NCBI GenBank assembly: GCA_034520965.1
Contig: JAXHMY010000001.1
Coordinates: 352,001-416,000 of the forward strand
DNA length: 64,000 nt
Source: Spirochaetia bacterium
GTDB taxonomy: Bacteria; Spirochaetota; Spirochaetia; DSM-16054; Sediminispirochaetaceae
Reading direction: 5' to 3'
The stretch's first letter is position 1. The number at the start of each line of letters is the position of its first letter. The notes under the pieces were generated by a model, which saw nothing but the letters and a program-made list of their open reading frames with translations, was not told the DNA's origin and searched no databases. Positions 59,193-64,000 of the stretch are shown here, piece after piece. Made by a program: the position numbers and the translations under genes.

Positions 59193-60851
59193 TTACAGAG
59201 AAATCTCAGTTTTTAGGGTAACATTCAAACCACGCTGTTCATATTCACCCCACCATGGCCTTCCATCTTCATAAAAGGGAGCCAGTAAATCGTTCCCCTC
59301 CAGAACCAGGTTAATTCCCTTGGATAAAAGATAACTCATTTGAACCCGCATTTCAGGAAGCTCCCCAATTTCAAAATCCCCTTTGAAGGAAGTCTCAAAA
59401 CCTGAATTTCGGTTTGAATAGGTAAGCCCTCCCTGAATAAGATGTTCAGGACGCAGAGCTTCTAGTTCATCCATCAATTGTCCCTGCCACCCTGCTTCAA
59501 GGGTTATGTTCTCGCCTGAGTAGTAAGTCACTTGGGTTTCTACCCCTATCAGCTCCCGTTCGTCAATAGTAAAAGGGAACAGGCCTGAGTCCTGATTACG
59601 GGCATCAAGATCCTCCGGTACAATAACTCCCTGCAGTAGGTTCCAATCGGCACCTGCAGTCACCCGTAAGTCCGAGTTGGGAGTAAAGGCGAGGTGCGAG
59701 TACACCTGCCATCCGTGCTGCAGATTGTGGGTATCTGTAGTATCGAGCAAGGGGTACCTATTCCAGAGATCTCTATATAACAGCTGCTCAATACTGTACC
59801 CGCCCCCAAGGCGAAAAAGAAAATCTCCGGCTACCCCCTCCAGCTCAGCATTCCAGGGAAATAGAAAGCTGTTTTCCGTATCCCAGTGACTGCCTATCTG
59901 CCCTGTTATGTCAAAGCGGTCGAAATACAGCTTGGAGGTGAACTCCGCCCAGCCTTGCTGCAGCTGAACCCCGTGGGGTGCCTGTTGAAACCTATAGCCA
60001 CCGGAGAGTCCGGCATACCACCGATCGTTTTCAAACACACCGGTAGTAAGCGCTTCAAGGTACTGCTCTTCCGCTTCATCCTGCATTCCTATCAGCTGTG
60101 AGCCGCTATGGGCGGTAAGTTGGGTTGAAAGAGATATTGGCCATTCAAAATCCCGAGTGTAAGAACCGCTGCCGCGGATAAAGCGGTGGATAACCGAATT
60201 CGCTTCATTAAAATCCTGCAATCCGGTTTCAGTCTCGAAATAGCTTGCCCTCACGGCCCCGCTATTCCTTCCGCTTCCAAACTCTACTTTTCCGGACAGC
60301 TCCTCGCGGCGATCAAAATAACCGGTACCGGCGGCATTACTACCATAGCCGTCAATTCCTTCGTGGGAAAAACGAAACTGATAAAGCGGTATTTCGCCCC
60401 GTTTATAGAGGGCAATATCCCCTATCAAATGATTATCACTTCCGCCGCCAATTACCCCTTCGCTGAAAAAAGCTGCCTCTCTAGGAGCGGTATCCTCCGC
60501 ATACTGAGGCCTTGAAGGCATAAGATCCGGCGACGATACTTCCAGAGCTCCAGCCTCAGGCAGCAGTTCCTGGATTGTAGGAAGTGCAATAACATCTCCC
60601 TCCGGCAGATCCGGAGCAATGGGTCTCTGCTCGATTGCTGAATACTCCAGCACCACTGTCGGCAGTTCTACCTTAGGGTCTTCAGGAGCGGCCCTCTCTT
60701 CAGTGCGCGCTTCAGTACTCGCTTCTGTGCTCTCTTCAGTGCGCGGCTGCTGGGCAGACAACTCAGCTGCAAAAAAGAAACACAAAAGCCCGCCCATTAT
60801 CAAAAATAACGGTCGAACAGGATGTTTTGTAAAGTCGTATTCCCGCATCAA
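59193..60851 (-). CDS. Putative outer-membrane beta-barrel protein
   Basis: Signal peptide, Pro/Glu-rich N-terminal segment, alternating amphipathic strands (YAGLSGGYRF, LRVTAGADW, ITLEAGWQ), C-terminal strand NVTLKTEISL. Confidence 0.7.
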   Translation of the reverse strand: MMREYDFTKHPVRPLFLIMGGLLCFFFAAELSAQQPRTEESTEASTEARTEERAAPEDPKVELPTVVLEYSAIEQRPIAPDLPEGDVIALPTIQELLPEAGALEVSSPDLMPSRPQYAEDTAPREAAFFSEGVIGGGSDNHLIGDIALYKRGEIPLYQFRFSHEGIDGYGSNAAGTGYFDRREELSGKVEFGSGRNSGAVRASYFETETGLQDFNEANSVIHRFIRGSGSYTRDFEWPISLSTQLTAHSGSQLIGMQDEAEEQYLEALTTGVFENDRWYAGLSGGYRFQQAPHGVQLQQGWAEFTSKLYFDRFDITGQIGSHWDTENSFLFPWNAELEGVAGDFLFRLGGGYSIEQLLYRDLWNRYPLLDTTDTHNLQHGWQVYSHLAFTPNSDLRVTAGADWNLLQGVIVPEDLDARNQDSGLFPFTIDERELIGVETQVTYYSGENITLEAGWQGQLMDELEALRPEHLIQGGLTYSNRNSGFETSFKGDFEIGELPEMRVQMSYLLSKGINLVLEGNDLLAPFYEDGRPWWGEYEQRGLNVTLKTEISL

Positions 60852-63757
60852 TTACTCTCCTCCTGTTCTAATAAGCGCCTACCCTCAGATACCCATTGGG
60901 TATGGGGAAAATCGGTTTCCAGTTTTCTAACCATAGTACGAGCTCCCCTTTTATCACCAGCGGTGATGGCACTCCTGGCTGCCTTCAGAAGAGACCTGGC
61001 AACCAGATCATCATCACCGGAACCTAGTACCGCAGCTCGAGCATACGAGTCGGCAGCTTCCTCCGGTTCATTCTGTTTAGTGTAATACTCACCCATAAGA
61101 TAATAAGCCTCTGCCGCCGCCTCGGCATCTTGATTCTCATATTCCAACACACTGTTTAGGTAGTTAAAGGCTTGGTCGTTTTTTTCAGGATACTGGTAAA
61201 GGTACATCCGAGCAAGGTCAAGTGCAGCCTCACGCCCCTCGGCGGACGAAAGCCCCTCCTCTCCAACCCTTACCGACAGCTCAGCCTCCCGTTGCCCCTG
61301 GCCGCCGATAACCCTTTTAAGGGTTGCCACCTTTTGCCGGGCAGTTTCGGCATCCTTTTGTTCAGGAAAGGCGGAGATATAGCGGGAATAATAGGAAACG
61401 GCGCTCTGAAATTCTCCAAGCTCAGCATGCAGCTGGGCCAGTTCCAACAGAGTATCAGCATAAAAAGAACTGTCTTTATGCTCATCTACCAATTTTTCCC
61501 ACAGAAGAATAGCCCCGTAGGGTTCATCAGCCTTTAAGGCAGCCATCCCGCCCCAAAACAGGGACACATCAATCAAACTCCCCCCGGGGAAGCGAGACCG
61601 ATGCTCATAGTAGGCATCCCGTGCCTGCTCATACTCTTCCAGCTGATAGAAAATATCACCACGCCGATAGAGTGCTTCCTCACACAGGGGGCTGGTCGGA
61701 TAACGGTCCGATAAACGCTTATAGGTTTCTACCGCGTCCAGGGAACGGCCCAGCATATGCAGCAAGCCCGCTTGTTCATACATAGCATCGTCGGCAAATG
61801 CTGAATCCTCGTATTCTTTATAGATAGTTTGATACACCATTAGGGCATCTTCACTTTTTCCCAGGGCGGCGCTGCTTTTGGCATACATGAACAAGCCCTG
61901 CTCCTGGCTTGCCTGGGATATATCTTGACGACTATAGCGCCCAAAAAACTCTTGGGCCCGCATAAATTTGCCGTCCGCATACGCTGCCCATCCGGCCAGG
62001 TACTGCGCTTCCACAGCCTTCTGTTTTTCAGGATACTCCTCCACTAGTCTCCCAAACCATTCCAATGCTCTCGTGTAGTCCACCTGCTTATAATAAATCC
62101 AGCCGAGGTAAAAGTAGAAATCCGGAATTAAATCTTCCAACCCTGCCTTGCGCATTTGTTCACCCGACATTTCGCTAAGCACCTCACCGGAGGTTTGATA
62201 CTGACCTTGTTTCAGATAGGCTATTCCATCTATATACAGCAGTTTTAACTCTTCCCCGGAAGCTCCCTGGGGTAAACCCGGTTTTTCCGCCCTCAGATTA
62301 TCAACCAGCGAATACAGCTGTGAATAGTTTTCGAGCTGGAAGTACAGTTGGCCTAGATCCACCCGTACTTCCAGGTCTTCCGGATAGCGGGGCACATACT
62401 CTTGTAAATCATCAACTGCCGCTTCAAGTTGATTCAGCTCTGTATGCAGTCTCGAACGCAGCCGCAGCAGCTCTCGGTCATACCCTCCGGATTCCCCATT
62501 AGAAAAGCTATCCTGCACCACCGACAGTGCCGCCCGGTACTGTTCACTCCTGTACAGTGCATATGCGTATAGATAATTGACCTGACCTATATAATCGGAA
62601 TTGGGAAATTCCGACAGGAAAGTCTCCAACACATCGGCCGCCGTGTTCCACTGCTCCCGAGAGCTTTCGAGCCTTCCAAGTGCCAGCAAAAGCTCCTCAC
62701 GCCTATCTGTTGTTTGCTCGAGGTATTCACGCAGCAGCTCCACCGCACTATCGAGCTCTCCTTCCCGCTCCATTATGTGGGAAAGGTAAAGAGGTACCAA
62801 GCCGTCTACCTGCTCCGTGGGCAGGGTACGCTGTATCCTGCGTAGATAGCTGCGAGCCAGATCATAACTGCCGGCCTTATAGTGTTCTATACCGGCCCTT
62901 AGCAAAAATTCTGCCAGAAGCGCGGGACTCCCGGATAACTCCACTTGGGCTTCGTCGAATATTTCCTGCTGCAGCGAGGGCTGACCGGTTTCCTCATACA
63001 ACACATACAGCCGTTTATATGCAACAGTTTTCAAATCCTCGGAGGCTTTCAGGAGATCTCGATACAGGGGCTCTGCTTGTTCAAATTTCTTTTGCTGAAA
63101 GAGTGCTTCTGCGCGGTATAATCCCAGTTTCTGCTGAACCTCCGCATCAAACAGCTCGAGCTGCAGATCCTTGTAAATAGAAAAAAGTTCCTCATACCTC
63201 CCTGTCTCTACCAGCAGAGAGGTAAGCAATACTACCATTTGCTGATTCTGCACAGGCGAGTCATACATCTGATACAAATCCTTCACTGAACTCAAAGCCT
63301 TTTCATATTGCTCGAGACTTCGCTCGCAAAGTGCTTTATAATACAAAGCATCCCGCTGCAAACTTTGCGGATTTCCTTCTAAAAAATCTTCAAATTTGGT
63401 TTGAGCCTGTTCATACTGCTTTAAATTGTAAAGGTTATATCCCTGCCAAAAAGGTATGTACCGAAAATGTCGCGTACTCGAATACCGCTGTGCAACCCGC
63501 TGCAGCCGTTCGAGGGACGCACTGTACCGGCCTAAAAAAGCATAAATAACGGCCTCTCGGAACTTGGTATCCGGTATGTATTCAGAATCCGGATACTCTT
63601 CCATCAACTGGGTATAACGTGAAAGGGCAAACTGATAGTTTCCGCTTTCAAAACGCCGCTCAGCTTCGCGGTACAGTCGCTGCTCCTGGGCTGAAGCTAG
63701 AAAAGTACACACTACAAGAAACAACATAAAAATGGAGATCTTTTTCATATCTTTCAA
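60848..63757 (-). CDS. Large exported TPR protein (BamD/CpoB-like repeats)
   Basis: Signal peptide ending ASA; many A..Y..L...YP.S....A.Y..G repeats. Confidence 0.9.
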   Translation of the reverse strand: MKDMKKISIFMLFLVVCTFLASAQEQRLYREAERRFESGNYQFALSRYTQLMEEYPDSEYIPDTKFREAVIYAFLGRYSASLERLQRVAQRYSSTRHFRYIPFWQGYNLYNLKQYEQAQTKFEDFLEGNPQSLQRDALYYKALCERSLEQYEKALSSVKDLYQMYDSPVQNQQMVVLLTSLLVETGRYEELFSIYKDLQLELFDAEVQQKLGLYRAEALFQQKKFEQAEPLYRDLLKASEDLKTVAYKRLYVLYEETGQPSLQQEIFDEAQVELSGSPALLAEFLLRAGIEHYKAGSYDLARSYLRRIQRTLPTEQVDGLVPLYLSHIMEREGELDSAVELLREYLEQTTDRREELLLALGRLESSREQWNTAADVLETFLSEFPNSDYIGQVNYLYAYALYRSEQYRAALSVVQDSFSNGESGGYDRELLRLRSRLHTELNQLEAAVDDLQEYVPRYPEDLEVRVDLGQLYFQLENYSQLYSLVDNLRAEKPGLPQGASGEELKLLYIDGIAYLKQGQYQTSGEVLSEMSGEQMRKAGLEDLIPDFYFYLGWIYYKQVDYTRALEWFGRLVEEYPEKQKAVEAQYLAGWAAYADGKFMRAQEFFGRYSRQDISQASQEQGLFMYAKSSAALGKSEDALMVYQTIYKEYEDSAFADDAMYEQAGLLHMLGRSLDAVETYKRLSDRYPTSPLCEEALYRRGDIFYQLEEYEQARDAYYEHRSRFPGGSLIDVSLFWGGMAALKADEPYGAILLWEKLVDEHKDSSFYADTLLELAQLHAELGEFQSAVSYYSRYISAFPEQKDAETARQKVATLKRVIGGQGQREAELSVRVGEEGLSSAEGREAALDLARMYLYQYPEKNDQAFNYLNSVLEYENQDAEAAAEAYYLMGEYYTKQNEPEEAADSYARAAVLGSGDDDLVARSLLKAARSAITAGDKRGARTMVRKLETDFPHTQWVSEGRRLLEQEESN

Positions 63758-63823
63758 GATAATTCAGTTAAGCAGTATTTTCAATGAAATTAACGCTTGA
63801 GCACCGGTTCTAAACGCATATTT

Positions 63824-64000
63824 TCAGGTTTTAAAGACCCCTGTGTGCGGAATGCTCACCAGGTGAACATATTCCCCTTGATAACGGCGTATAAACGAGG
63901 CGGGTGAGGTCTCTTCATTGGTCTCCAGTATCTTCAATACCAGCCGACCTTCCTCCATCCAGCCAGGGGAAAAAAACCGCCACATGCAGATGTTTGCGCA
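63824..64000 (-). CDS. Possible 3' end of an unidentified CDS entering from the right edge
   Basis: Frame open from the window end (..GWMEEGRLVLKILETNEETSPASFIRRYQGEYVHLVSIPHTG..); product and true end not determinable. Confidence 0.4.
   Translation of the reverse strand, partial: CANICMWRFFSPGWMEEGRLVLKILETNEETSPASFIRRYQGEYVHLVSIPHTGVFKT

Overview
Core-genome region of a free-living-type spirochaete (Spirochaetia). This is inferred from spirochaete-type gene content and order: alaS next to a second fliG, tyrS-glyS-gltX next to an HD-GYP gene, rpmE-rho...hbb-rpsT, and a giant coiled-coil protein near grpE-dnaK-dnaJ. It holds about 60 CDS, one tRNA-Phe and many clear sigma70 promoters; I found no transposase, phage, CRISPR or defence island. 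Many genes carry 1-bp indels, densest at about 42.5-48.3 kb and including normally essential genes, which points to consensus errors rather than decay. The most notable unannotated signals are: (1) a family of 123-138 bp MITE-like elements with CAGCGATTCT...AGAATCGCTG ends, 9-bp target duplications and co-varying internal hairpins (3 copies); (2) a second MITE-like element with 18-bp inverted ends; (3) a REP-like two-hairpin motif repeated 3 times just upstream of ribosome-binding sites; (4) an uncharacterised protein ending in a beta-clamp-binding-type motif (QLELF); (5) a TPR / small outer-membrane barrel / ExbB-ExbD-TonB operon; and (6) candidate leaderless mRNAs and several enzymes with altered active-site motifs. 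All family assignments come from motif recognition, not database searches.
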